A stretch of 64,000 nt of DNA from a bacterium (lineage in GTDB: Bacteria > Bacteroidota > Bacteroidia > Flavobacteriales_D > Sanyastnellaceae), in assembly GCA_029979565.1 (NCBI GenBank), contig JAPOHG010000005.1:93-64092 (forward strand). Direction: 5' to 3'. The position numbers and the translations under genes were made by a program. The stretch's first letter is position 1; each line of letters opens with the position of its first letter. Below are positions 27,101-35,169 of the stretch, in pieces. Under the pieces are notes generated by a model. It was not told the origin of the DNA and did not search any database. It saw only the letters and a list, made by a program, of their open reading frames with translations.

Positions 27101-27907
27101 CATCCAACCGTCGTGGTTGATGTCCGCCGCATCGACGCCCATGCAATTGCCTTGGTAATCCAACCCCACGCCCGCTGCGTCTTGTGTAAAGCTGCCTTGG
27201 CCGTTGTTTCTGAAAAATTTGTTGACTTGATTGCCGTCGTGGGTAACGTACAAATCGACATCGCCATCGTTGTCCGAATCGAAAAACAAAGCCCCCATGC
27301 CAATCCCCGTATCCACCGTTCCAGAGGGGAAGGTGACATTCTGGAACCCGTTTCCTTCGAGGTTTCGGAGCATGGCGTTGTGGCTGTTGATGTTCACGAC
27401 ATACAAATCCAACCAGCCGTCTCGATCGATGTCCGCCGCGTGCAGGCTGCGGCACGGTCCCGCATTACCGGCGTTCCATGCGTCGGTCGCGTCGGTGAAT
27501 GTGCCATCCCCGTTGTTTAAGTAGAGGCGATTGGGGTCGAGGTAGTTGCCCGTGACCAAATCCAACCATCCATCGTTGTCAAAGTCCGCCCACAAAACGG
27601 CATTCGTCGTGCCATCGTCCGCCACACCTGCTGGAACAGCGACGTCCTCGAATTGCATGCCACCGAGGTTTCGGAACAACCGGTTGGGAGCGGACTTGGT
27701 GCCCACATAGATGTCTTCACGGCCGTCCCGGTCAAAGTCTCCGATGGCTACTGCGTGATGCAGTCCATCCACGGCAACTCCCGAGGCTTCCGAGACGTTT
27801 TCAAAGAGGCCTTGCCCGCAAGCCTCATCGCCCACGTATCCGAGCATCAAGAGGCAGGTGATTCCCCGCAATGGCAACATCAACCGGTGGCGTAAGGTGG
27901 TAAACAT
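24167..27907 (-). CDS. secreted multidomain protein: FG-GAP/VCBS repeats + UnbV/ASPIC (CRTAC1-like) + vanadium-haloperoxidase/PAP2-like domain + C-terminal dockerin/EF-hand-like repeats
   Basis: Start trimmed to ATG 27907, which has a TAccTTTG box 10 nt upstream. Repeated D.D.DG...D motifs. SNRSAIGARIEVHFDG...VVRWPTGE (UnbV_ASPIC). PAP2 triad K-x6-RP (KGWHDYVRP), YVSGHSTF, SRIWGGIHPPID. C-terminal GDFNSDG...DLDGSGDINTGDLL. Confidence 0.8.
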   Translation of the reverse strand: MFTTLRHRLMLPLRGITCLLMLGYVGDEACGQGLFENVSEASGVAVDGLHHAVAIGDFDRDGREDIYVGTKSAPNRLFRNLGGMQFEDVAVPAGVADDGTTNAVLWADFDNDGWLDLVTGNYLDPNRLYLNNGDGTFTDATDAWNAGNAGPCRSLHAADIDRDGWLDLYVVNINSHNAMLRNLEGNGFQNVTFPSGTVDTGIGMGALFFDSDNDGDVDLYVTHDGNQVNKFFRNNGQGSFTQDAAGVGLDYQGNCMGVDAADINHDGWMDLYITDLYPSELFLNNGDGTYTAIGDEAGVDDSGMTWGCIFFDYDHDSESDLYIVNDYAFAPTSNRLYRGLGDTTFAWVSEGDVVLEHDHSDYGLAAGDLDGDGDWDLAIATSGSPTQPGFQILENLNSNGHFVGFRLEGTSSNRSAIGARIEVHFDGVVRYDEIHCGQGYSGSSSFDVHVGLGEATGVDSIVVRWPTGEFSTHGPFAADSIHSVMEPGTDPWLMNGCTDSDACNYEIAATEDDGSCFFSAAGLDCSGEPLPDFPTLATHSIARIWNEATLLSIRHDWARPTVHARNLWHTSALMYDAWAAWETDTVVGAQPWLLGNQQGDYTCLFEGLPSIEAENRLEARRLSISYGVYRLLQHRFANAPRAERIATHIDSQMEVLGYDTAWHDTDYTNGTWMERAASLGNYLAEQYIAFGFQDGSFEVIDYQNTYYNPMNWNLVMDEPGNPNMFFPNRWQPLQLAEFIDQSGNEGSNISPDFLSPEWGNVQPFAMTPADTAQFERLGSTYTVYHDPGPPAQIDPDEEIGLESDYKWGHTLVALWASHLDPSDSVEWDIGPGAFSWNGFMPESVDEARTYYAVDGTPVGEGLEAGHPFNPATGEPYASQHVLRGDFTRVLAEYWADGPDSETPPGHWFTLLNYVNDQPELQRKWRGLGEPIEPLHWDVIAYFSMGGAMHDAAIAAWSCKGWHDYVRPVSALRWMADRGQCTDPELPNYHGAGLPIIPGYIEQIGPDDPEELRGPENEHLYEMKIRCWKGPDFIEVPALQWAGVDWIRAREWWPYQRPTFVTPPFAGYVSGHSTFSRAAAEVLTALTGDPFFPGGLGAFPVEAHEFLVFEDGPSMDFELQWATYRDAADQSALSRIWGGIHPPIDDFPGRAIGEVVGMDAFLLAEQYAFPLLGTECFEVGGYPCLCPGDFNSDGLRSLPDLLLLLVHFGEVVDVGGNGASPVLDLDGSGDINTGDLLGMLTVWGQPC

Positions 27908-27917
27908 GGACCTGGGA

Positions 27918-27925
27918 CAAAGGTA
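27918..27925 (-). promoter_or_regulatory. Bacteroidota -7 promoter box (TAccTTTG on the minus strand)
   Basis: Plus strand reads CAAAGGTA, 10 nt upstream of the ATG at 27907. Confidence 0.5.
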
Positions 27926-28128
27926 GGTTCGCGTGCGGTTGATTTTGTATGTCAAGGGCATAAACGAGAGAAGAGCAAGTGGAGCCCCTGAGATTCGCTC
28001 AACTATAAAATACATAAATTAGTCGACATTTTTTGCTATTGATAGAAAATATTTATGTAATATAGCGCCGTGTTTTGATGCGAGGTTTGCAGGCGTCGTT
28101 GTCGAAATACGAGTAGATTGTTAGGGTG

Positions 28129-28152
28129 AAAGGGCGCAGGGGTGCGCCCTTT
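28129..28152 (+). other. perfect 10-bp stem / 4-nt loop hairpin in a divergent intergenic region
   Basis: AAAGGGCGCA-gggg-TGCGCCCTTT followed by ctgtttctttcc. It lies upstream of the rpsT promoter box. Confidence 0.6.
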
Positions 28153-28195
28153 CTGTTTCTTTCCCTGAGGCGCTTGCGTGCATTGGAATATCGAT

Positions 28196-28203
28196 TATAT
28201 TTG
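28196..28203 (+). promoter_or_regulatory. Bacteroidota -7 promoter box (TAtaTTTG) for rpsT
   Basis: TATATTTG, 34 nt upstream of the rpsT ATG. Confidence 0.55.
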
Positions 28204-28237
28204 CACCCCCTTAACGGGATAATTCAGACGAAAGCTT

Positions 28238-28489
28238 ATGGCTCATCACAAATCCTCATTGAAGCGCATCCGCTCTGACCGTAAGAAAGCGGCGCGTAAC
28301 CGTTACTACCACAAGACAGCTCGAAACGCTGTTCGTACCCTGCGCGCTACCACGGACGCCAAAAAAGCGGCTGAGATGCTCCCTGTGGTTTCAGCCATGC
28401 TGGACAAGTTGGCGAAGAACAACGTCATCCATAAGAACAAAGCCTCCAATCTCAAATCCAGCCTTGCCGTTCACGTAGCGAAGCTTTGA
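28238..28489 (+). CDS. rpsT: 30S ribosomal protein S20
   Basis: [33 protein letters not shown] is the canonical S20 N-terminus; 83 aa. Confidence 0.95.
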   Translation: MAHHKSSLKRIRSDRKKAARNRYYHKTARNAVRTLRATTDAKKAAEMLPVVSAMLDKLAKNNVIHKNKASNLKSSLAVHVAKL

Positions 28490-28513
28490 TTGAGACACAA
28501 TAGCATTGAAATT

Positions 28514-28541
28514 AGCCTCCTGAACAAGGGGGCTTTTTTTT
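28514..28541 (+). terminator. rho-independent terminator after rpsT
   Basis: AGCCTCC-tgaacaa-GGGGGCT stem (one G-U pair) followed by T8. Confidence 0.8.
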
Positions 28542-28551
28542 GCCCAAGAAA

Positions 28552-29235
28552 ATGGAATCGAGGATGGAGGAGGAGAGGCAAGTGCTGATGCCGCGTGAAA
28601 AATTGTTGCTGGCGGGTTCACAGGAGCTGAGTACGGTTGAATTGATCACTGTGCTGTTGGGTTCCGGCGTACGGGGCCACTCGGTGCATGAGGCGTCAAG
28701 GGCATTGCTCGCTATGGTGCAGGGCGACTTATCGGTGCTCTCCTCCATTCCCCCGTTGGGTATGACGGAAGTTCCGGGCATCGGGCGGGCCAAAGCCCTT
28801 CAATTGTCTGCTGCTTTGGAATTGGGAAGGCGTCGGCAAGTAACCGCCCAACCTGAGGATGCTTTCATTCGTTCATCCAGCGATGTGTTCGAACGATTTG
28901 CCATCCGGTTGTCCGATTTGGGTCACGAAGAATTTTGGCTGGTGTTGCTTCGGCGTTCCAATGCGGTCATGGCCGAAGTGATGGTCAGTAAAGGAGGGTT
29001 GACGGGCACCGTTGCGGATCCCAAGCTCATCTTTTCCAAAGCCCTGGCCATGCGCGCGGCTGGAATCATCGCGGTACACAACCATCCTTCCGGCAATGTT
29101 CGACCAAGTCGATCGGACCGGGAGCTCACAAAAAACCTTCAATGGGCGGGCAAAATGTTGGATTGCCCGTTGCTTGACCATTTGATTGTTTCCCGCAACC
29201 GTTACTTTAGCTTCGCTGACGAAGGAGAGCTTTAA
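28552..29235 (+). CDS. radC: RadC-family JAB/MPN domain protein
   Basis: HNHPSGNVRPSRSDRELT JAMM motif and GIGRAKALQL helix-hairpin-helix. The track start (TTG 28540) lies in the terminator T-run, so ATG 28552 is preferred. Confidence 0.85.
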   Translation: MESRMEEERQVLMPREKLLLAGSQELSTVELITVLLGSGVRGHSVHEASRALLAMVQGDLSVLSSIPPLGMTEVPGIGRAKALQLSAALELGRRRQVTAQPEDAFIRSSSDVFERFAIRLSDLGHEEFWLVLLRRSNAVMAEVMVSKGGLTGTVADPKLIFSKALAMRAAGIIAVHNHPSGNVRPSRSDRELTKNLQWAGKMLDCPLLDHLIVSRNRYFSFADEGEL

Positions 29236-29267
29236 ACTCACCCTTTTCCAGCTACTTGTCAATTGCA

Positions 29268-30374
29268 ATGAAACGCGTTCTTACCGTCATCGGGGCGAGA
29301 CCCCAATGGATGAAAGCCAGTGCACTCACCCGTGTTTTGGAGGATAGGTCTTTTGGCATTGAAGAGCGGGTTTTGCACACGGGGCAGCATTACGCTCACG
29401 AGATGGCAGGTCGTTTTGTTGACGAATTGAATTTGCCGGATGCGGATCACATCTTAAGCGTTTCCAGCGAGCCTGCTGTTCGCATGGGCCAAATGATGCA
29501 AGGGGTGATGATGGCTATTGCGAAGGACGCTCCCGATGCGGTTATCTTATACGGGGACACCGATTCTACGCTTGCGGGTGCGTGGGCAGCGAGCCGCACA
29601 GGAACGCCCGTGGTGCACATTGAGGCCGGCCTTCGATCATTTGACCGTACCATGCCGGAGGAAGTGAATCGCATCCTGACGGATGCCCTCAGCGATGTGC
29701 TGTTCTGTCCTTCGCAGGCGGCTGTCGAATTGCTGGCCAAGGAAGGCATTGTGAGCGGTGCCCGTGATGGTCTTCTCGTCGAGGTTTCTGGTGATCTTAT
29801 GCTGGATACGGCCCGCCATTTTGGAGGTGACCCCAGTCCCGTTTCACCGGACGCCCATGCCATTCTGCTCACCCTGCATCGGCCATCCAATGTGGACGAT
29901 TCCAATCGGTTGAAGGCGTGGATTGAATCCGCAGGAGCAGCAGCGGAATCAAAGGGCTGGCGTGTGCACTTTCCTGTCCACCCGAGGACGGCCAAGGTGG
30001 CAGAGCGGATTTATGGCACAGCGTGGCGTGATGCATTAAAATCACGAGGCATCGATGCCCATGAGCCGGCCAGTTATATGCAGATGCTTCATTGGTTGAA
30101 GGGTGTCCGCCAAGTGTGGACCGATTCGGGAGGATTGCAGAAAGAAGCCTACTTTATGCATCGGCCATCGCTGGTGTTACGGGACACCACCGAGTGGACG
30201 GAATTGATGGACAACGGAGTGGCCCTGTTGTGTCCTGAACCCACTGAATTGGAGGCAGCAACAACCGTTCTGGAAGCAGGGCTTGGCAGCATGGATTTCT
30301 CTGTTCCGCTGTATGGAGATGGGCGGGCCGCCCAGCACATTGCTCACACCTTACGCGCATGGCTCAATCGGTAA
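29268..30374 (+). CDS. wecB: UDP-N-acetylglucosamine 2-epimerase (non-hydrolysing)
   Basis: MKRVLTVIGARPQWMK... and HIEAGLRSFDRTMPEEVNR are typical of WecB/MnaA. Confidence 0.88.
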   Translation: MKRVLTVIGARPQWMKASALTRVLEDRSFGIEERVLHTGQHYAHEMAGRFVDELNLPDADHILSVSSEPAVRMGQMMQGVMMAIAKDAPDAVILYGDTDSTLAGAWAASRTGTPVVHIEAGLRSFDRTMPEEVNRILTDALSDVLFCPSQAAVELLAKEGIVSGARDGLLVEVSGDLMLDTARHFGGDPSPVSPDAHAILLTLHRPSNVDDSNRLKAWIESAGAAAESKGWRVHFPVHPRTAKVAERIYGTAWRDALKSRGIDAHEPASYMQMLHWLKGVRQVWTDSGGLQKEAYFMHRPSLVLRDTTEWTELMDNGVALLCPEPTELEAATTVLEAGLGSMDFSVPLYGDGRAAQHIAHTLRAWLNR

Positions 30375-31705
30375 CCCTTTGGTCGGCCTCAGCCGATACC
30401 ACACCGCGTCATACATACGTGGCGTACATCGTCTTCGATGTGGTGCTCGGTTGTTCCTACCAATGGTATGAATCTCGTTCCCAATGGGAACAAAGCGATG
30501 GCTTGAAAATTCAATACGGCGGGGAACCAGCAACAGGAACGGGAGCCGCGTGGATCCCTGCATGTGGACTTTTGGAAGGAACACAACCGGACCACCCTGC
30601 TCGAGAATTGTGGTCTGATGATTCGGAACAGAGCACACCGGGCACAGGAAAGCTTCCTTTCGGGGTGATCAATGAATCAGCTGATCGCGTTGATGCGGAT
30701 TGGTGGAGTTGGGTGTTTTGGATGGTTACCCGATTGGAAGAATTTGGAGCCTCTAGGGAGGCTTACGATGCCATGGGCCGTTTCAAAGCATCAGCATCGT
30801 TGGCGCATCAAGCGGGGTGGTTGCATCGACCGGAAGTAGAGGTGCGCATTCTTGCTTGGGCTGCATCCGTTGGACTTGAGCCTCGGTCCTCTTCTTACAA
30901 AGTGAATCCAACTATTGATGTCGACAGTGCCTATGCATACCGACACCGAAGTGCATTTCGCACCTTGGGCGCCACTGCCAAGGATTTGTTGTCGGGAAAC
31001 GTAACCCGCATGGCACAACGCTGGCGCGTTTTGATTCTTGGACAACCCGACCCCTATGACACCTACGATTGGCTCGAGTCGGTGCACCGCAAGCATGGCC
31101 TTCAGGCGCTGTACTTTTTTTTATTGGCGGACCGCGGGCCGTATGACCGACCGTTGGACTGGCAACAGCCGGGCATCCAAGCACTGGTGCAGCGCATTGC
31201 AGCAACGTCAACAGTCGGCATTCACCCGGGCGTGGCAAGCCATAATTCCAGCGATCTTGCGCAGCTTCGACAAGAAATCAAGCGAATGGAAACCCTGTCA
31301 ACCAGTGCAGTGGAGCATTCAAGGCAGCATTACTTGGTGCAACGAATGCCCTACACATGGAATCGATTGGAAGCTGCGGGGATTGCGCACGACCACAGCC
31401 TCGGGTTTGCGGATTGCATTGGTTTCAGAGCGGGAATGTCACGCCCGTTTCAAGCGTTCGATGCCGCCGCGAATCGACCATTGGACTTGACCATCCATCC
31501 CGTTGCGGCCATGGATGCGACTTTGAATCGGTACATGGGGCTTTCGCCAAAACAAGCATTGGATGCCCTGGAGCAATTGGCAGATGAAGTGAAGGCTGTG
31601 CAAGGAGAACTGACCTTATTGTGGCACAACGAGACCGTGAGTGAATGCGACGAATGGAAAGGATGGCGTTCGGTTTACGAACAAGTTTTTGAACGTGTAT
31701 GTTAG
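30359..31705 (+). CDS. conserved hypothetical protein, possibly polysaccharide-deacetylase-like C-terminal half
   Basis: 448-aa ORF overlapping the wecB end by 16 nt. PTIDVDSAY...GIHPGVASH...SRQHYL loosely resembles the deacetylase beta/alpha-barrel superfamily. Assignment is weak. Confidence 0.55.
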   Translation: MAQSVTLWSASADTTPRHTYVAYIVFDVVLGCSYQWYESRSQWEQSDGLKIQYGGEPATGTGAAWIPACGLLEGTQPDHPARELWSDDSEQSTPGTGKLPFGVINESADRVDADWWSWVFWMVTRLEEFGASREAYDAMGRFKASASLAHQAGWLHRPEVEVRILAWAASVGLEPRSSSYKVNPTIDVDSAYAYRHRSAFRTLGATAKDLLSGNVTRMAQRWRVLILGQPDPYDTYDWLESVHRKHGLQALYFFLLADRGPYDRPLDWQQPGIQALVQRIAATSTVGIHPGVASHNSSDLAQLRQEIKRMETLSTSAVEHSRQHYLVQRMPYTWNRLEAAGIAHDHSLGFADCIGFRAGMSRPFQAFDAAANRPLDLTIHPVAAMDATLNRYMGLSPKQALDALEQLADEVKAVQGELTLLWHNETVSECDEWKGWRSVYEQVFERVC

Positions 31706-31715
31706 AGCTAAGACC

Positions 31716-32369
31716 ATGGTAACTGACTTTTCGAAAACCAACAGCATCATCAACGAATTCGTCGCAGAGCTTCGGGATGCAGATATTCAGCGCGACCCTC
31801 TGCGTTTTCGGTTCAACTTGAAGCGGCTGGGGAGTGCCATGGCCGTTGAGGTCAGCAGATCCATGCGGTTTACGGCTGATGCAGTCCAGACGCCATTGGG
31901 TACGGCACCGATCAACCGCTTGGCGGACCAGCCGGTTCTGGCCACGATTTTGCGTGCAGGATTGCCGATGCACCAAGGTGTAGCCGATGTTTTTGACCGT
32001 GCGGAACAAGCCTTTGTTTCGGCCTGTCGCAACTACGTCGATGACGCGCATACCGACTTTGAAATCGGAATCGACGCCGTGAGCGCTCCGCCGCTGGATG
32101 GGAAGGTATTGGTGGTTTCCGATCCCATGCTCGCCACGGGGGCGTCGTTGGCCCAAGTGCTTAACGCGCTTTTCGCATCGCACGGAAGACCAGCGACTGT
32201 GCACGTGCTGGCCGCAATTGCGAGCCAGCAAGGCGTGGGCCACCTCCAACGCCAGCACCCCGAAGCCCACGTGTGGGTGGCAGCTGTGGATGCCGAATTG
32301 AACGAGAAAGGATACATCATTCCGGGTTTGGGTGATGCCGGGGACTTGGCCTTTGGATCCAAAAAGTAA
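31716..32369 (+). CDS. upp: uracil phosphoribosyltransferase
   Basis: VLVVSDPMLATGAS PRPP loop and GYIIPGLGDAGDLAFGSK C-terminus. Start trimmed to ATG 31716, after the upstream stop. Confidence 0.9.
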   Translation: MVTDFSKTNSIINEFVAELRDADIQRDPLRFRFNLKRLGSAMAVEVSRSMRFTADAVQTPLGTAPINRLADQPVLATILRAGLPMHQGVADVFDRAEQAFVSACRNYVDDAHTDFEIGIDAVSAPPLDGKVLVVSDPMLATGASLAQVLNALFASHGRPATVHVLAAIASQQGVGHLQRQHPEAHVWVAAVDAELNEKGYIIPGLGDAGDLAFGSKK

Positions 32370-32371
32370 AC

Positions 32372-32812
32372 ATGCCTGGCGTACTTGAAATCTTACTGTG
32401 GATGTTCGGAGCGGTGGTCAAATTCCTGGTGACTCCATCGCTGATGGTTGCGCGCGGCTGGGGGTTTTGGTCGACCGTCATCGTCACTTCAGTGGGAGCG
32501 GCAGCTGGCGTCTGGGTTTTCTTTTTCTTCGGCAAGTGGATCCTCAAAAAGTGGGCGGAATTTCGAGGAGAGAAGGAGCCGAAGCGTCCTTTTTTCACGC
32601 CCCAACGCAGGCGCGTTGTTCGGTTCCGAAGGCTCTTTGGCATGTGGGGATTGCTCGTTGTAAGCGGCATGATTTCCGTCCCCATCGCGTCCATTCTCGC
32701 TGCGAAATATTACCAGCGTGACGAGCGCATGCCCTGGATTTTGGTGGTCGCTTTCGTGGTGTGGTCGTTGCTCTTGACGTCGCTGTCGTACTGGGCCATT
32801 GACATTGTTTGA
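32372..32812 (+). CDS. small integral membrane protein, unknown function
   Basis: 146 aa with about 4 hydrophobic segments. Starts 3 nt after the upp stop. Confidence 0.6.
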   Translation: MPGVLEILLWMFGAVVKFLVTPSLMVARGWGFWSTVIVTSVGAAAGVWVFFFFGKWILKKWAEFRGEKEPKRPFFTPQRRRVVRFRRLFGMWGLLVVSGMISVPIASILAAKYYQRDERMPWILVVAFVVWSLLLTSLSYWAIDIV

Positions 32813-32816
32813 GGTG

Positions 32817-33566
32817 ATGTACCTTCGGGACATGCCCAATTCCAGTGCACCGGTTGATTTGTTTTTCGATTTGGACCGTACGCTGTGGGATTTTGATCGC
32901 AATTCGCGGGAAGCCTTGGAGGAGATATTCATTGAAATCGCCCAGCCCAATTTGCCCCAGCCCAAAGCCGCAGGGGAATTCATCCCGGTGTACGAGGCTG
33001 AGAACGAGAAGTGCTGGAAAGCCTATCGGCAGGGACAAATCACCAAAGAAGAGCTCAGGCCGTTGCGCTTTCGAAAGGCTGTGGAAGGTCTTGGGATTCC
33101 GGAATTTGAAGGCATGGATGCATTGGCCGAGGCCATGGGGACAGCCTACGTCCAACGTGCCCCGTACCGCACGGCCCTTTTCGATGGAGCCATTGAGGTG
33201 TGCGAAGTGCTCAAGGCCCGCGGACACCGAATGTTTATTTTGACGAATGGCTTTGAGGAGGTACAGCACATCAAGGTGAACCAAAGCGGGCTGGAGCCAT
33301 TCTTTAACGGGGTGTTCACAAGCGATGCCTTGGGTTTTAAGAAGCCTCATCCGGAATGCTATTCGAAAGGCTTGGCCCTGGCTCATTCGAGCGCGGATCG
33401 AGCCGTGATGATTGGCGATGATTGGGAATGTGATGTACACGGCGCGATTCAAGCGGGATGGGGCGCCGTTCATTTTGACCCCAGTCAACCGCCCGCCATG
33501 GATGCTGCGCCCCGGCGCATCAATGACCTCCGAACCTTACTTGAATTGGATTTCCATCAACGATAA
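32817..33566 (+). CDS. HAD-superfamily hydrolase (YjjG-like nucleotidase type)
   Basis: FFDLDRTLWDF (DxD motif I), ILTNG, MIGDDWECDVHGA (motif IV). ATG 32817 preferred over the TTG at 32799. Confidence 0.8.
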   Translation: MYLRDMPNSSAPVDLFFDLDRTLWDFDRNSREALEEIFIEIAQPNLPQPKAAGEFIPVYEAENEKCWKAYRQGQITKEELRPLRFRKAVEGLGIPEFEGMDALAEAMGTAYVQRAPYRTALFDGAIEVCEVLKARGHRMFILTNGFEEVQHIKVNQSGLEPFFNGVFTSDALGFKKPHPECYSKGLALAHSSADRAVMIGDDWECDVHGAIQAGWGAVHFDPSQPPAMDAAPRRINDLRTLLELDFHQR

Positions 33567-33585
33567 CCACCTAACGACTGCTGCC

Positions 33586-33906
33586 ATGGCACAAGAAGAA
33601 AAGAAGAAGAAACTAAACATTGATTTGCCGGAGGAATTGGCATCGGGTACGTATTCCAACCTTGCCGTGATTACCCACAGTCCGGTCGAATTTGTGGTGG
33701 ATTTTGCCCAAGTGATGCCTGGTATGAACCAAGCTCAAGTTCGAAGCCGAATCATTTTGGCTCCTCATCACGCCAAGCGCTTGCTGCATGCATTGACGGA
33801 GAACGTCAAGCGCTTTGAACAACAGCAAGGCCCCATTCAGCCTCCGAAAGGCAACCAAGATCCGGCCATGCCGCTGACTTTCAGTGGACCGCAGGGAGAG
33901 GCTTGA
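33586..33906 (+). CDS. DUF3467-family protein
   Basis: MAQEEKKKKLNIDLPEELASGTYSNLAVITHSPVEFVVDF is the typical DUF3467 pattern. The upstream extension of the ORF overlaps the HAD gene and was trimmed. Confidence 0.75.
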   Translation: MAQEEKKKKLNIDLPEELASGTYSNLAVITHSPVEFVVDFAQVMPGMNQAQVRSRIILAPHHAKRLLHALTENVKRFEQQQGPIQPPKGNQDPAMPLTFSGPQGEA

Positions 33907-33912
33907 CCCCGC

Positions 33913-35169
33913 TCAGCCAAGCACGGTGCCCAGCACGACACCCACGCCAGCAAGTGCAGTCGAGCGCCCGTCGTAAACGGGACGGTTTTCAGCCAGCGAC
34001 ACCTCGGGTATAGCGCCCGATTGTGCGGGGTGATACCATGTCAAATTGGCCGCTGCGCCCACTTCGATGTGAGGCGTGTCAAGACCCAGGACCCGGCGCG
34101 GGCCTTCGGTCAATGCACGGATGATTGCCCCGTGGGCATCGTTGGCATGGGCAAGTCCCGCGAGTGCGACAGGAAACACCGATTCAATACCGGCCATACC
34201 ATGTGATGACAGCATGAATTCAACGTCTTGGTGCTCGAGGTCTTCAGGGCGATGGTCCGATACCAAGGCGTCAATGGTTCCATCCAAAAGTCCATCGCAC
34301 AAGGCCGCCCGGTCCTTCGTTGCTCGGAAGGGGGGCAGTGTTTTTAAGGTGCCATCGAAGGTGCTGAGGTCCTCGTCCACGAAGAAAAGGTGATGCGCCG
34401 AGGTCGCACAGGTGACGGATAACCCTTCGCTTTTGGCCTCCCGGATAAGCTCCACCGATTCTGCGGCGCTGATGCAAGAGAAGTGCAGTTTTCCACCTGT
34501 GTAGCGCAGGATGTCCAGGTCGCGCTTAATGCGCATGGTTTCCGAAGCGGTTGGGTTGCCAACGACACCCATATGGGTGCTGGTGAATCCTTCGTGCATT
34601 TGGGGATGGCCGTTCAATCCCAATTCGAGCGGGCACGTGATGATGGGGTGAGGCAATCCGTGGCTGTATTCCAGCGCGCGACGAAGCATTTCAACGCTGT
34701 TCAGCGGGGCATCGTCAGAGAATGCCACGGCCCCAGCTTGCGCGAGGTCGCGCATCTCTGAAAGTTGCATTCCATCCCGTCCTTTGGATACGGTGCCCAT
34801 CGGGAGCAAATGCGCATCGAGGCCGGCTGAACGGGCGATGAGGTAGGCAATGTTGGACTTGGTGTCTGGAACGGGATGTTGGTTCACGTTGAGCACCACG
34901 TGCGTAAATCCGCCCGCTCGGGCTGCGCGCAGTCCATTCGCAAGCCCTTCCTTTTGCTCATATCCCGGATCGGCAAAATCCGCTTGTAAGTCCATCCATC
35001 CGATTGACAAATGAGCGCCTGCTTCCTTCCATTCAGAAGCCGCTGGGGAAGAAGGGACGGCGTCTTGAATGTCGATTATAACACCGTCTCGGACATGCAC
35101 GTCCTTGGTCGTCCCGTTGTGAGGACCTCCGGGGTCGGTGATGGTTACGCTTTTGATGATGGTTTCCAT
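33913..35169 (-). CDS. dihydroorotase-like amidohydrolase-fold protein with degenerate metal site
   Basis: The overall DHOase pattern is present (GWMDLQADFADPGYEQKEG, ATSAHHLFF, VSDHRPED), but the canonical HxH reads QAD and HVxHVS reads HFSCIS. Confidence 0.75.
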   Translation of the reverse strand: METIIKSVTITDPGGPHNGTTKDVHVRDGVIIDIQDAVPSSPAASEWKEAGAHLSIGWMDLQADFADPGYEQKEGLANGLRAARAGGFTHVVLNVNQHPVPDTKSNIAYLIARSAGLDAHLLPMGTVSKGRDGMQLSEMRDLAQAGAVAFSDDAPLNSVEMLRRALEYSHGLPHPIITCPLELGLNGHPQMHEGFTSTHMGVVGNPTASETMRIKRDLDILRYTGGKLHFSCISAAESVELIREAKSEGLSVTCATSAHHLFFVDEDLSTFDGTLKTLPPFRATKDRAALCDGLLDGTIDALVSDHRPEDLEHQDVEFMLSSHGMAGIESVFPVALAGLAHANDAHGAIIRALTEGPRRVLGLDTPHIEVGAAANLTWYHPAQSGAIPEVSLAENRPVYDGRSTALAGVGVVLGTVLG

